Source of the DNA: the human T2T-CHM13v2.0 reference genome, Homo sapiens | Strand: one strand, 5' to 3' | Length of the DNA: 64,000 bases | Assembly (NCBI RefSeq): GCF_009914755.1 | Contig: NC_060934.1 | Part shown: piece by piece, positions 25,791 through 43,199 of the stretch | How the letters are laid out: every line of letters begins with the position of its first letter | Position numbering within the stretch: the first letter of the stretch is position 1 | Position numbers and translations under genes: made by a program | The notes under the pieces: generated by a model | Seen by the model: only the letters and a program-made list of their open reading frames with translations | Told to the model about the DNA's origin: nothing | Database searches by the model: none

Positions 25791-28646
25791 ATCTTTACAT
25801 AAGAGGGGCTTCAGTATTTTCTGAAAGTTGTTGAGAAGAAAAAGTTTACATTGGCTTTAATACCAGGCATTAAATGTTTGAAGAGTTCTTGTGGGGAAGA
25901 GTCAATAGAATTGATATAAGTAGCATTGGTGGGCAAAACTAGTGGGAAATTAATGTGAAACATATTTTTGACTCAAGGTAAGTAGCACAATTTAGGACTA
26001 AGAGTTGCCCCTAATCAGAGTGGGTGGGCTTGTTAAGTGGTGAGCCACCTCTCCAGGAAGTTAGAGAATGGGGACATTCACACTGTGTTTAGCAGAGACC
26101 TGAGGACCCTGCACCTCTATGGAAGAGGTTGTGGGAAAGAGGAATTTTATGGTTGCTTTTCCCAGCCAGAGTAACTCAACTTTTTTTTCTATTTAGCATA
26201 CTGTTTATAAGTAGAATTCTTTTTAAAGGAAGTGTCTGCTATTAAAATAAACATTTAAGCATCACTGCTACAGATGATATTACTGCACTCCAAGGAAGGT
26301 TAAACTAAATAACCTCTTAGATTACCTCCTAGTCTAAATTGCTGCATAGCTTGCCCCAGTTTTTCCCATAGGCAAGCATGCAACACAGTCAGCATAGAGT
26401 AAAAATATAGAGCTGAGAGAATGCACTTATTATGCAATATCTCTAAATGTGCCTTTCTTTAAGCTCACCTAGCACTTGTCAAGGAGAGGCAGTTTCTACC
26501 TTTTGCAGCTTTGAATTTCACCCTTACAGGAGATCCATATTGCTACATTTAGTCTTCCATTTTAGCTTTTGGAGACTTTATTCAATAACTCAACAGCTTA
26601 TTGATGCACAGTTCTGTCATCTAAAAGCAAAAGTGAAAAACTCCAGGCAATTTTTCAAAGTGCTGCTCCATGTTAATGGGAGGATTTTGAAATGCCACAA
26701 GGGAAATCATTAGAAAGAAAAAGAAGGAACCAGATTAAGCCACCCTGGACACTTTTTACATTTTTAACAGAACCCTTTTAAAGTCTTTCCAAATTCTTAG
26801 AAAACAAGCACAATTATTTACAGACTCATTATCTTTAGTGCATTCATTTTTTCATGACTAAAGTACAATACGACTGCAGGGGTTTATGCACACACACTTT
26901 TACGGATTTGGAAAATGATATTGCAATCATGGATAATATAAAGTTTATAGTTGTATTTTTTTCTTTGATGACTCAATGGTTTATAAATGTGGATATTTAA
27001 GAAAAAAAAACACCACACCCCTCTAACCCATGATAAATGTGTTCCTATGTAAAAATAATACCTGCTTTGTGTTAATGTATATTATGGTAGAGTTTCTGAG
27101 ACTACATAGTATTACAATAAGCTAAAAGTTTTTCCTCTGAACCACCCGACAATATGATTTTTGGATTTTAAGGATTGTATATACAAAGATTGCAGTTATC
27201 CAACCTTAGAGTATTTTAATAGCTTTGGAATAATTTTTCAAGCAGGTAACACTTTGTAACTCTAAATTTAGATTAAAATTATTTGTATGACAGGTTCATC
27301 ATATTAAGCAACAATTCTCCAGATATTACAGGGCATTAAGAACTGATCAAAGCAGATAATTTGGCATAGTAAATCTTACTATTCCTTAACTTCAACCCAT
27401 TTTATGGCAATCTGGTCCCAATATGAGCATGTCGAATAACCACAAATGAAGGCAAATATCACCTAACTTAGGAAAACATTTTTCCTCATTCTACTGCCTC
27501 CTGGTCAAGTTCCCTTATGTGGCTGACAATATTGGGTTAGTTTAAATTTCTTTCTAGTCAATGGCAGCTGCTAAAAATACAATCAATGACATATTTAATA
27601 TCAAATCTTTAGCAAAGAGAATAACTACTTTTCCGCCATTAAGATTCTTCCTTACTGGTGATTCAATACAATTACAAATGGTGTGAAAAAGTACTAAAAT
27701 TCCTAAGCCTTTAGCAGTCTCAGAGTAAATTTTTTTTTAAATTCACCATTCTGTGGATTATACATAGGTATATTCGAAATAGAGAATACTGTAGAACCAT
27801 ATCTCAGGTAATTGAGTGCTTAGACTTCATGAATTCCTTCAGTAGAATGCATCATTACTGTTTTTGAATACTGTATGTGTTATGCTAAAGCAATTCTTTC
27901 CACCTGGTTTGGTTTTAACTCCTTTGGATTTGAAATAATGAACTAGAGACCGGCATGACTGGTTTGAAACCTCCAAACACTTTGCACTTAGGCCCTAGGG
28001 AATACATTCTAGAACTTGAGGAATAAATTTACAATTAAGGAGATGGACGAAGTGAGGGAATGATACATGTAGGGTTGTATCAGCATTGGGGTTTTAGTTT
28101 CTTTTACTACATTTGCATGTTTTATAGATTTTTTATTGATATATTGATGCAAAACTATCTCAGAGTTTACTGGGTCTTAATCCCTGTGATGGACCCTAGA
28201 AGGGGGAAAACACATTAGTAAATTATGTCTGTGCTTTCATATATTATAGTATCACTTTGAGAAAAAGCATGTAATAGTATAGGATTATCTGTTTTGGATT
28301 CTTTGCCAAGCCTCTACTCCCCAGTACTTCAACTTCTTTGTTTTCTCTTTACATGTTCCTTTGAAATGAAGGAATTTTAAATCTGGGAAGTGCATTTGTA
28401 AATCAGTGGACTCCTCCACACACCATACATATGCTGAGGTCCTTTAATGCAACCAAGATTTACCAATCACTGATCTAGAAAGAGGAGGCTATAAAGATGA
28501 GCCAGTGAATGAATTATCTGGGACTCTAATTTCTTCCCACTTCTTGTCATAAATCATTCCATAGTTTGTTAGGATCTTTACCAGAGGTTGACTTGGAAGT
28601 GAAGAAACAACAACCAAACAAATAAATGAACAAAAATCATTGTTAT

Positions 28647-29122
28647 TGTTACCCATACAATGGGTGGGTTCTGTTGCTTGGCGAGTATCAACCCAATAAT
28701 CATAACTTAGGAGGATTTAGCAGGGGATTTTATTGTGACAGGTAAGGAGAACACCACAGATAGTTCCCAAACCCATGTCTCCCTCTGCTGGGAGCTGGGT
28801 CAAGCTTTATAAGCATAGGGTAATTAGGTGTGATTGGATTGGATCTTGCAATGACCTGATGTTGGGAGGAAGTATCCAACTGGACTCTGCCATGGCAGTG
28901 ATGCCAGAGCTCAATCTGATTGGATATTGGATTCTACCATATGATCTCCCTTCTTAATTTAGTCCCTGCTCCTTGGTAGGGCACTGAAGTTCCCCTTGTG
29001 ATTATACACCCAGTTCATTTGAGCATACTCAGGTTATCTGACCTGGGGGTCCATGACAACTAAAAAACAATGCACAACTTTGTTACATAAAAGCTGACCC
29101 AGATTGGTCTGGTGCTGTTACG
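28647..29122 (-). mobile_element. Solo ERV LTR (probably ERV1 class; family not assigned)
   Basis: Starts tgttacc, ends gttacg (decayed ...ca); 4-bp TSD ttat/ttat; reverse polyA signal tttatt (~28729); several reverse CCAAT boxes. Confidence 0.7.
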
Positions 29123-30649
29123 TTATTTCACAGCAACTTGAGAAATAATGTAAATGACAATGACCAAAGTAGTTGAAACCAGAAGCCAAAATAAATGTTT
29201 GAGATTTCAACTATCATGGCTATTTCTATGCTTCAATCATACCTACCTTACCTATAAGAGCATTGTAGCACATATGAGCATGACTTATTTTCCCACTCCT
29301 GCACTATTGCATGTGACTTTCAAACTACAGAAGCACTAATGGCCTAGAGAATGATATTTTAGTGTTAGTGTGCACCTGTGCTAACAATTATTATCAAGTC
29401 CAATTGATAAAAAATACTCAGAACTGAAATGTCATCTGGACATCAGAAAAATAACTACAATGAAGTCAAAGATTTAATCAACTAAAATTCTTTCTAAATC
29501 ATCTCCAGTGACTCATGGTTCCATCTGAATCTCCTATTCACATATTACCTACATCTTGGAGCTGTTATCTTCCCAGCTTCAGGGAGAAGCTCTCTTCTCT
29601 ACTGCGGCTAAAGTCTCATTATCCTTAATACTAAAAGCAGAGAAAAGTAACCACCTTACACTTATTACTGATGCCATTAGTGTTATGGGAAGCTGGGTGG
29701 TTGTTACAATATTTTTCATCAGAGCTCATTTCTTTCTGTTCCCATCAAATATGCCTTTCTTAACCCAGAATAGCATAGTTCATTGAAGATAAAAACCATT
29801 AGGTACCTTTTACAATCTTCTCTACATTGTTTTCAAAATGCACTGGATTATTTGAAATGACTTGTCCAGTGTCAAACAAAAATAATTTGATCAAAGCTAC
29901 CAAAGAGTTTTATTTCAGTGACTATATAAAAAACAATATATTCTATTCATATTTCTTCCTTTGAACAAAAGCTGGCTAATAAAACTCCTTGTTTATCATA
30001 GACATGGTACTTATTGGCAAAATAAGATTTTAGATAAAATGGGACAAAGAAATATTGGATGGCATGGGAGATGGGAGATTAGTAATAGTCCAGAAAAACA
30101 TGATAAATTGACACCTAACTCTTAAAACATAACAGCCGACCTGATATTGGGATATCTTATTTGTCATGGGCCTGATAAGCCTTTCTTTTTTTCTTTTTTT
30201 TTTTATCTTAACCATCCTGTGTTTAAATAAAACAGATCACTCTTATGGAAAGATGAGGTCTATTTTCTAGTCAGTGCAGTATAAAAAGGAGTTTCATGCA
30301 GTTTTTCATTTCATTCCCCTTCTGAGGTGAACTCAGTACAGGATATTTTCATGGGAATCAATCCAGTCTTTAATGACCATGACTATTGTTGATACAAACA
30401 GAAATGTATTTGTTCACAAAAAGGTTGGTTTCCATTAGCAGAACTAGGAAATAGAGAGTGTGTGTTGCATAAAGATCTTGCTTGCTCTAGCTGCAGGTTT
30501 TCTTTAGCTCTAGAGGTGCATCCTTTAATTTCCATTTTTCTATACAACAAAGTGTTGAATAATATGATTTACACATATTATTAAATTTAATATTGGATGT
30601 TTGTAATTGTTTTTAACTTATATAATAAAATCCTCACAAAAACCTTGTG

Positions 30650-31805
<1,156 letters not shown>

Positions 31806-31832
31806 CAAACAAACAAACCAAAAAAACCCCAG

Positions 31833-32698
<866 letters not shown>

Positions 32699-32749
32699 AT
32701 TATCATAGACTACTTTTGTCTGTTTCTGTTCCTGAATTCCATTTAAGTA

Positions 32750-33250
32750 AAAAAGCACATGTTCGTCATTATTTTGTGTCTGTTTTCTTTTTGTCAACAT
32801 TAGTTTTTGTTTGTTTGTCTATTGTTTTTAGTTTATCCATGTCACTGTGTGCAATTGCTATTTACTATTTTTAACTGGTACCCAAACTTCCATTGTATTA
32901 TTATAAAGAAGCTACTTATCCATTCTACCGTGAGTAGATATTTTAGAATTTTTTAAAAGTTTTCTTTCATTATAAATAATGTGAGAATGAATATTTTAGA
33001 ATATGTTTATTTTAGAATGTGTTTAGAGGAAACAGACACTCATTTTTCTTGGGTAGATGCTTAGAATACAGAACTGGCATCGCATGTTTATTAGACAAGT
33101 TTATGTTCAGAATTATTAGGTACTGGCAAACAGATTTCTGAAATGCTTACACCAATTTGAAATTCCACCAAAATATGATATTTCCAGTTGGTCAATATTG
33201 TTGTCAGAATGTAATATATTGTTTTTCAAAATATAGCCTCTCCAATGGAC
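32750..33250 (-). mobile_element. L1ME-type fragment
   Basis: 'ttccattgtattattata', 'ataaataatgtgagaatgaatatttt', 'gcttacaccaatttgaaattccacca'. Confidence 0.6.
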
Positions 33251-33259
33251 ATGTCTTCA

Positions 33260-35700
33260 GTCAACCAATTCATCCTGAGGCTTTATTAAATGCAGACAGG
33301 TAGGTGCTTGATTATGTAAATTGACAAAACATAAAAATATAAACAATTCATGGCTCATGAAGATTATATTCTTCTGGAGAAAGACAACACTTTTTTTAAA
33401 TGAACAAAAACAAAAAAATAAATACTCATTGTCATATAATATGATAGGAGCAGATCAATGTTATGGAAGAGAAAGACTCGGGCAAATAAGAACAGGACTT
33501 CCAAAGAGGATGTGATTTTAACGCAGTGACATTTGAACAAAACTTGAAGATAGTTAGAATGAGTCAGGTGGACACTTGCAGGAACAAAGCTTTATGTGGG
33601 GGATGGTGCAGCCAGGGCAAATGCCCTAAGGCAGGAGCACACTTATCCTTCTTGAAGATGATCCGACAATCAGAGGGTACCCTGTAAGCACAGCAGAGTA
33701 GGCAGCGGAGGGAATAAGAGAGAGATTAGTGAAGTAATGAAGGGCAGGCACATCAGGTTGAGGACATTTCTTTTCCTCTGAATGAAATGGAGGTCATTTG
33801 ATGATTGGAGCTAAGGAATTCACATAACCTCATTCACATGTAAAAGTCATACTCTATAAGTGATGTTGACAGAATTCACTTTATAGGCAATAACTTAAAG
33901 CCACAGTACTAGATGAGATAGGGTTAAGAAGATCATGTAAATGGGAAAGAACAGATGCGGGGGCATTACCACAGTCAGAAGTCTTTAGTGGAGGAGGAGT
34001 AGTAAGCATGTAAGTTTGCAAGATAAATCAATAAGAAGAAAAGAAATCCATGGAAGTGTAATTTCACTAAAGCCTAGAGAGGAAAATATGTCAATCACAT
34101 ATGGTCACCTTTGTCAAATACTGCTGAAAGAGAAATAGGATGAAGATTAAAATGAAATCTGTGTGTGTGTGTGTGGATGATTCAGGATACTGTAGATTTT
34201 GATAAGAGCCATTTCAATTAAACAGTGTGGTGAAAAACACTATTGAAGTCAACTGAAGAGGCAAGTGAAAGAAAACAGAGACTGAGGCATAGAGAATCAT
34301 TTGAAGTGTGCTATTATGAAGAAGAGCGGGAAAACATCAATGTAAATCAAAGAGATAGAAGGACAAGGGTAGCTTAGTATTTTTTTAGGGTAGGTAATAT
34401 TAAGAAATATTTGTACACCAATGGATTTAATCAAGTAAGAAAGAGAGAAATTAATAATACAGGAGAAAGAGGAAAATGTAAGGAAAAAGTCTGAAAAGAT
34501 ACACACATGCACAAAATTGAAATGAGTGGAGAGGAGAGCTGAAATTTAAACAAAAACATTTCTTTTACCATAGCATAAGTGAACACAAAGTGCACAGGTA
34601 GTATTGCACTTAGTCTGTAGTTGTTGGTATTTTCAGGTAAGATAATTCTTCTCTGCTGACTCTGTTTTCTCTAAGAAGTATGTAGAGAAGTCACTAGCTG
34701 TGAAGGATGGGGGATATAGTGTTTGCAAAGAGAGAAGTGTGAGATGGGCATCCTAGAGGGTGGAGAAGGGAACTTGCTAGTAATATAATTTTTTACGGTT
34801 GTGTGCCAAAGTGATATTTGTGTCAGAAAACTTGTCCACTTGAAATTTTTGTTCAGAGCTATTAACAATAGAAACAATATACTCTATAATATTTTTCTGC
34901 CATAGATTTCTGCTCATGCAAAGATAAGGTGCAGAGTTGAATTTAACCTGGGATAGAGTTTTGCCAGTGAATAAGAAGAGTGACACCAGTACGTTGAAGT
35001 GTTGTCGAAGGAGTGTTTTGAATGTTAAGTAATAGATTGTTGTCTATACAATAGAATGCAAGAAGAGTAATGGAGAGTGAAATAAATTTTTGTCTCCATG
35101 AAGATGGAGAAATGCTGGCGTGGGGGAAATGGAGTTAGTGAGCTAAAGGAAAGGAGATGGTAGATTGGGAGTGGATTATTTGAGACCATTGAATGGCTGA
35201 GTGGGGAATGGATGAAAAATCTAACATTGGACCCAAGGAGGGCAAGCAAATAGAAAACCAGAGTTTGGAGAGTTGATGACTTCATGAATTATGACAGGAC
35301 TAATACTGGAAATAATGAGGTTATCAATTAATGAAGGAGTATTCCTGGAAAACTGATAGATGACAGCAACAATGAATGATAAGAAAAGTCAAGTCTGGCA
35401 TTGGGGAAGTTAAAGGAGCTGGGTGTTTTAAAGAAGAAAAAGATCATTTGCAAGTGGCTTTGGGAAACCAAAAGGAAACATGTCTCATAGTGAAGTCCTG
35501 AGCCATGTGTCATGCTTGAGAAAACATGGGCAACGGCCAAGCAGGAGTGAACGTGGGGGAAAATGTTTAAAGAAGAGCTAATGAAGAATTAGGGATTTTC
35601 ACAACACAGTGGAAGTCCTGAAATGGAGGTAAAGACGAGAAATTGAATCTGATTATAGAATATGCAGAAAAAATGTATGGGAATTAATTGTAATTTTCAT
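33260..35700 (-). mobile_element. Long, patchy L2 LINE relic
   Basis: Purine-rich antisense L2 motifs 'gtgacatttgaacaaaacttgaag', 'gtcaaatactgctgaaagagaaataggatgaagatt', 'ttgataagagccatttcaatt'. Confidence 0.6.
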
Positions 35701-35874
35701 GTGTTATCTGAGGGACCTGGACTCTGCCATTGATCAAGATTAGTAAGAATGAATACAATGATGGCAGAGGTCCTGGAAGCCCAAGCATCCAATAATTGAA
35801 AGCTACACATTGCCTGTCTCACCAGCAGCCAAGTACATGGTCACTCAGAGCACTGTACAACTGAAAGCATCTGA

Positions 35875-36348
<474 letters not shown>

Positions 36349-36369
36349 TAATTCTCTCTCCAGTGAATT

Positions 36370-36648
36370 TCTATCTAAGATCAAACCCAAACATCACCTC
36401 CTTGTATGACTGCTAACCAAGGCTTTCTTGGTGCTTATCCCTATTCTCAGAGTGAATTTTCCCATGTTCTGTAAGCGAAGCCTTTGTCCATTGTCCATAT
36501 TACTTCTTCAACTTGTGTTGTGATTAGCTGCATATAAATGTTTATCACATTTATTATGACTTATTTTATTATTGCCTTGTTAAGCCTAGGCACTTAAACG
36601 GTACTTACATAGTATCTGTTTCATAAATTGTGTAAATGAATAAAGAAT
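36370..36648 (+). mobile_element. L2 3' end fragment
   Basis: 'aaacatcacctcct' ... 'catagtatctgtttcataaattgtgtaaatgaataaagaat'. Confidence 0.5.
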
Positions 36649-38479
36649 ACAAGAAGTATCACTTAACTCTATAGTTTACAAAGTGCATACCACAATCTTC
36701 GTGACTCATTTTCTCCTTCTTCTCATTGCTTCTCTCCATCCCACTCATTCCTATGACTTAAGCTCCTGCAAAAGCAAAAAGTTCCTGGCACCCCTCCATA
36801 TAAATATATCTTTAAATAATATAGATGTAGAATTCATTAGCTACTTGATTCTGAGTCTAACATAGATCTCTAAGTTTTCACAAATTTATTTTGTGTATCC
36901 ATTGAATGCTGTAGAAGCAATAGTTTAGAATGGAATTAAGGTCTGGAGGAAAATAAATCAAAATATGGGCAAGAAATATAATTGGGAATACATGCTTCAC
37001 TGGAAAGATACTGCAAATTTATTAATGTTTATTAAAAGTTTATCTACAGGCAAATCATCACTGTGACATCATTACACTTTAAAAGAGTTAATGGTTATGG
37101 ACTAGTAAAAATGCAGTCTGAACAATTAAATTACAATGAAAATCTAATCTCAGACTTGCCTTTGTGACTCAAAATCTCCATATTTCCCCCCACTCGTTTT
37201 TTTCTGTACTCTTCCCAAGAGCAGAGGAAATAACTTACATTACTTGCAAGAGCTAAGCTTACATAACAAGATGCCTTATAGCCAAAAAGCCATCTGGTCA
37301 GCACCCTTCACAGTTAGTAATAATAACTGAATGGTCAGTGCCCAAAGATAAAGCAAAATTCAACATGAATACACTTACTCTGTGCAGGTATTCAAGAAGA
37401 ACATATGTCTATTGCACTGAGGAAATGCATTTAGAAGAAACTAGTTACGTACATTTAAAGAGAGGTGAAAATTACTTTAGAGAACCAACATTCTGTTCCA
37501 TCTCCCTCTCACGTCTATGGTTTCCATATAAACTCTTCTGTGAGTTTATACTCTGTGGAATTCTGGCAGGCAGCAATCTCTCAAATTTTCTTTGTGAAAA
37601 GGTGTATAGCATAGGGAAGGAGAACAAGTAAAAACAACAGAATATGTTAATGAATTAACATATTGTTTTAAATTTCAAAGTATTAGCATTTTAAACTATG
37701 TTAAGTATATTTACAGAATGTGAACTATTAAAAGCCGATTATTTTTATTATGGTAATAAGGTGACCTTGCTGCCAAGAATCATCTATCTCTGATCTTGTA
37801 GTTTCCCCATCATATCTCCTCAACTCTCTCTATCAGCCATCATCATCATTCCGAACCCCACTGCCACATTTCTTTGCTTTCTTTTTTATGTAGTTGTATA
37901 CATCTTCATGCTTTCCTACATGGTTTTGTTTTTAATTATTTTTAATTTTACACAGATTGTATTTGTTTGTATAAAATCTTTTAGATCCTATTTTTTTGTT
38001 AATATTATATTACTAAGATCTGTCCATTCTGGTTTTCATACTAGTATATGTGAACACACTACAGTTAATAAGCCCAATGTCTATTTTACAGATCTTGGGT
38101 TATTTATTTTTTTTCTTGCACAATAGCCCATGTTCAATATTTGTCAGTGTTTTTCCTGGATACATAAAAAGGGACTGAAATTAGTGGTGTCTAAAACACA
38201 TGACTGCTCAACTAAATAAAAATGAAAGAAAGCTACAAAAGGACCAAAGGTGAAAACATCATTATCCAAATATTAAAATAACTACTACTGCATGCACCCA
38301 ACTTCCATACAATTTCTGATTTAACAAGTAGCTTTCACTTCCTCTTCTAAAATTAAGATCTTGTTTAACTCCATGAAATATTTACTTGTCTAGAGGAAAA
38401 GGCAAAAATCTTTGAATCAGCTGAAGCTGGTTTAGAATCCTATTTTCTCATATGGGTAGAGTGATGGTCAGTCTTATTG

Positions 38480-38612
38480 GATAATGACTTGGCCTCTGGA
38501 GTCAGAATTGTTGGGTTTAAATCTCAATTTCAACATTTCCTAACTGGGGACTGTTAACAAGCGTCTTAACTGCTCTTAACACAGTTACTTTACCTGTGAA
38601 ATGGAGATAGAA
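38480..38612 (+). mobile_element. MIR SINE fragment
   Basis: 'ggcctctggagtcagaattgttgggtttaaatctc' ... 'cctgtgaaatggagata'. Confidence 0.72.
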
Positions 38613-38614
38613 AA

Positions 38615-39125
38615 TTGGGTTTGGTCCTCAAAAAAGAGTCACTACAATTTTTATTGGTAAAAAACAGTTTAATAGAAGGATTAGATAATGTAAAAATTAG
38701 ACAAGGTTGGGTAGGGAAGATTTAGATAAGCAGGCAGTAGCTGGAGAACCAGAGAAACAGCCCCAAAGGACTTCAGCCTTATGAACAGAGCAGGTGAAAA
38801 AGTCAAAGCACACAAGAGTCTGAGATTCTGGAGCATCTGGCCCCAAGAAGTGTGAAGAGGGAGTTCACAGAAATCTGAGAACATGCAATGTCTGGCTGCC
38901 ACAATTGCAAGATAGAAGTTCAGTAGGATTTGATATGCCAGAGCTTATAAAAATGTCTGAAACCAGACTGCGTTTGTCCACACTCTCTGCTAAGAATAAT
39001 GGACTCTCTTCCTCTCCTCCTTCCAAGTCTTACTTTTCATGGGCTAACTCTAACTGAGAACCATTTAGAGACAAATATTCCGGGAAATACAGTTCTTGGC
39101 TTCTCTTCTATAATGCTAATAAGAC
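38615..39125 (-). mobile_element. Possible old ERVL LTR (LTR33/41-like)
   Basis: 'ggctaactctaactgagaaccatttagagacaaatattccgggaaatacagttc' resembles LTR33-type termini. Confidence 0.4.
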
Positions 39126-39475
39126 CTCAGATGCAGAAGGCAATGTTGGTAAATCACAATTCATTACTTATAATATCTACCTTATAAAGCCAACAAGACT
39201 AAATAAAATAATTATATGATGGACTCAGAATAACAACTGGCTCAAATAATGTATTCAATGACATACCCATTAGGTCACAAACTCTATTATTTAGTTAAAG
39301 TTACTTTACATCTCTAAACTTTTTTTCTTTTGTCTTTCTCAATATACCATATGAATGGTGTGAAATTGTTATTTTTTGACAGGGAGTTCATGTCATGTTT
39401 ATATTTTTGGACTTAGCTGGTATCTAGGACTTGACTGGTTACAGTAGGCACTTCACATGCTAGTTATCTTCCCTC

Positions 39476-39874
39476 TCTGAGTTAGCTTGTTTTCTGTTGC
39501 TATAACTGAATACCTGAGACTGGGTAATTTATAAAGAAAATAAATTTATTTTTTACAGTTCTGGAGGCTGGGAAGTCCAAAGTCGAGGGGCTACTTCTGA
39601 AGAGGATTGTTCTGCTGCTGGGAACTCCAGGCAGAGTCCTGAGGCAGCACAGGGCAGCACATGGTGAGGGGCCTGGAGTGCCAGCTCAGTCTCTCTTTCT
39701 CCTTCTACAAAGCCACTATGTCCCACCCTTGTGTCTTCATCTAATCCTAATCACCTCCCTATGACTCCCACCTCTCAAATACCATACACAGATTTCCTAC
39801 TCTCCTAATACACTTACAATGGAGATGAAGTTTCAACTTGAGTTTTATCAGGGACAAACATTTACACCATAGCA
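39476..39874 (-). mobile_element. MST (MSTC-like) MaLR solo LTR
   Basis: 'gttgctataactgaatacctgagactgggtaatttataaagaaaa...cagttctggaggctgggaagtccaa' ... 'tttcaacttgagttttatcagggacaaacatttacaccatagca'. Confidence 0.88.
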
Positions 39875-40184
39875 TCTCATTCCTCCAGGAACTATTTTCA
39901 TTAATTAGCTACATGCATAAGCCATGGTACTGGGCAGGTGGGTATGAAAACAATATAAAACATAGTTATTACCATCCAAGAATTTACAACACAGAAAGGT
40001 TTTCTTTTTTTTTGGAAATGTGTTGTGCCTGTTACGCACCCAGTGCCATTCTGAGGAAAGCCAGCAGGTAATTAATTTAAGTGCCTCAGTTACAATACAT
40101 TGTGTGATATGAAGAATACCATGTATATACAGGTCTGAATCTTAAATCTTCATTTTACAGAGAAACAAAAAGATGTCCAGAGAA

Positions 40185-40435
40185 GCAGTATACCATGGTG
40201 GTTCAAAGTTAAAACCTGGAGGCAGAATACTGAGGCAACATCCAGGTTTCTCACTTGTTAGTTACGTAATCATGGGTCATTTATTTATGCTACCTCTGAC
40301 TCTGTGAGCTAAATGTATCAATAGCAACCACTCAGTAGCATTATAGTGCAAATTAAATTAAGTAATATATGTAAAAATCCTTAAAAAGCTCTGGCACATG
40401 ATATTCTCCAAAAAGCTCTGTTATCGTTATTACTA
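40185..40435 (+). mobile_element. MIR SINE
   Basis: 'ggtggttcaaagttaaaacctggaggcaga' ... 'attaaattaagtaatatatgtaaaaatccttaaaaagctctggcacat'. Confidence 0.7.
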
Positions 40436-42169
40436 ATTTCCAGAATGAATGATTGGTACAAAAATAAGTAACCTTGTCACAGGTTACATAGACTATGCTA
40501 CAAAATAGTTATATTCAATAAGGATGATCTATTTTGGAAGCTTTTAATGGTCATTTAGTCTGTCAAAGAATCCTGAATGTAAAGCAAAGAGAAAGATTTG
40601 AGCAGATGGTACAGTAAGATAAGTAACAAAAGTAAAGAGAAAGGGTAACAGAGACAAATAGATGAATGGCTGAGTTAGTAAAGTGAAATCATTCACCCTT
40701 CATGGTGGGAAGGGTGGCAGGATGGACAGCTCTGCAGAGCTTCTCTTGCATCACTGATCTTGCCACTGAGTGTTGAATGATAATGAACTCAACCAACAGT
40801 GAGGTCTAGCTGTGTAATTGATGAAATAATTTCCAATTGTTCCTTGCTCCTTATCATCTGTATGAGAATTTCCAATTATTAGTCATCAACTAAGTTCCTA
40901 ACAACGTAATGTATATAAATGATATTAAAAGCAAAAAACACTGCACATTATATGAAGTACAATGAATAATAGAATAATATAGGAAAAGGGCAGATACAAT
41001 ATATGGAAATAGTTAGAATCGCAGATGCATATCATTATTATTCTTCTGCCAGTCCCTTCGTATCACCACCACTCCCTCAAAAATAGTTTCACCCAACATA
41101 GGTTCTGGGACTTTTCCAAGTGTAAAATTTGCCTGGTGGGTGCTATTTTCTGTGATAGTTGAATATGCTCAGGAAATGAACACTGTCACTAAATGTGCCA
41201 CATGAAGGCAGAAGAAGAATGGACAAACAGAGCTTGAGAAAAAGAATGATGATATTTCATGTGTCCAGGACTTCTGTGATCTTATATTAATTACTGTTGA
41301 GCTGATATTAATTATTTGTCTTCATTATTTGTCTAGGCTCTCCATTCTTCAGATCTCAGTGATTATTACAAGATGTAATTGTAAATTATAATCAAGTAGA
41401 CATAAACTATAATTATATAAATACAAACATAAAATAAACAAGTATTTCAGGGATAGCATCTATATTGGAAAAATAGTGAGGGAAGTGTGGAACTTGGATA
41501 TCAGACTTAGAATATATTCTGAAGAGGAAACAAAGCCTGTCTTCTTAAACTGAGTTCTTTGAAAAACCAGAGATTTCATCAAGAGGAAAAAAATAACACA
41601 CTAGAGCATAACATACAATTAATAAAGGTAATATTGTTTACAGCTTAAAGTATTTAGCATCCTTCAGGCAATAATGCACTCCTACAATTCATACATTAGA
41701 TTTAAATTGCAGCCTAACCATTTAAGGTATATGGAGATTTACATAATTGCAAAGCTATGTTCAAATTATCTTTAAGAATATTTTGAGTTCTGAGAATTGT
41801 AAGTTCCTTCCTAACCGGCCACTTAATGCATTTTCTCTTCTCTGAGTGATTTTAAACGTCAAATTTAAGAAAGAATTATTTGCTTTTATGCTAGTATGCC
41901 ATTTTTCCCATATATCTAATCAAAATCTCTCTTTAAGGCAAGTATATATAAAATGACATGTCACTATCTCCTCTGTGGTGATAAAGGAGAATTATTAGTA
42001 CTTATGCAGAAGAAAATTAGAGTTAACCATTAACACAGCTGAGGTATGAGGAGTCAAGTTTCTGCTTTAATGCTTAATAGTTGTGTATGATATTACAGTG
42101 ATAATTTATCAGAGATAACAAAGTTTTTTTTGTAACTATACCAGAATCAAGTGCCTTTTTCTATTGTTT

Positions 42170-42420
42170 ATAAATTTTTTATACCACTTTAACCATTTTA
42201 AATACACAGTTTAGTGGCATTAACTATACTCACATTGTTGTGCAGTACTACCATCCTCCAGAACTTTTTCATATTCTCAAGCTGAAAGTCTCTACCTATT
42301 AATTAACTATGCATTCTACCCTCCCTCCAGCATTTCATTCATGAATAAAAACACAGAATATCTCATCATGTGCTTATTGACCATTTGTATATTTTCTTTG
42401 AAAAAATGCCTATGCAAGCT
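42170..42420 (-). mobile_element. L1M 3' UTR fragments
   Basis: 'aaccattttaaatacacagtttagtggcattaactatactcacattgttgtgcag' and 'catgtgcttattgaccatttgtatattttctttgaaaaaatgcct'. Confidence 0.7.
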
Positions 42421-43199
42421 TGAGTGTTGTTTTAAGTGGAACATATATACAACTTTTGATTCCGAACCAAGTCTGTATATTTTATATAAGCAATAAGACT
42501 GTAATCATTTCAAAGAAACTTAAAGCTAATGAAACTATTTACCCAAAAGCTTAAGTATTTTTTTGTTTTTAAAAACTATACTTTTTTGGTTATTTTTATT
42601 TAAAATTACATTTGAAATAAAATATTTTGAAATAAAATTACATTTGAAATAAAATATTTTTAATTAAAGTTATTTTGATAAATATTTAGTGACATGGGAA
42701 AATAATCACTTATATTAATAAGAAAAGAACTCATATGTAACATATAAGATTCAAATTTTGTGAAAGAGCATTCAAAAAAATTATATGCTCTTAATGCACA
42801 TAAATTAAAATTAAATCACAAAATAAATAACAAATCATTTTGAACTAAATAATAATGAAAATGGCAAGTGTTAAAATCATGCAATACAAATGAAGTTTAG
42901 GTAGAGGAAAATGTGTAGCTTTTACGGCATTTCTTCTGTAAAATAAAAATGAGCATTGTTTTACTTATCTCTTTTATTTATTAATTTCTACATAAGAAGC
43001 CACCTACAATTTAGTATCTTAGAAGTGTTTCAGCTTCATCTTAGGTTAGCTGGAAAGTGTTTCTATCTTTTCAACAGAAAGTGGTAGGTAATCTTCATAA
43101 TCAATGCCTTTCCATCATAGAACTGCAATGCCAAAGCAACAAAATAATTCCCAATGTAACAAAAGATTCACCCTCAGTGACACACTGGATGCATGCACT

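Noticed and set aside
25960-26120. Possible L3/CR1 3' relic
   Set aside because: Similarity too weak to support by eye
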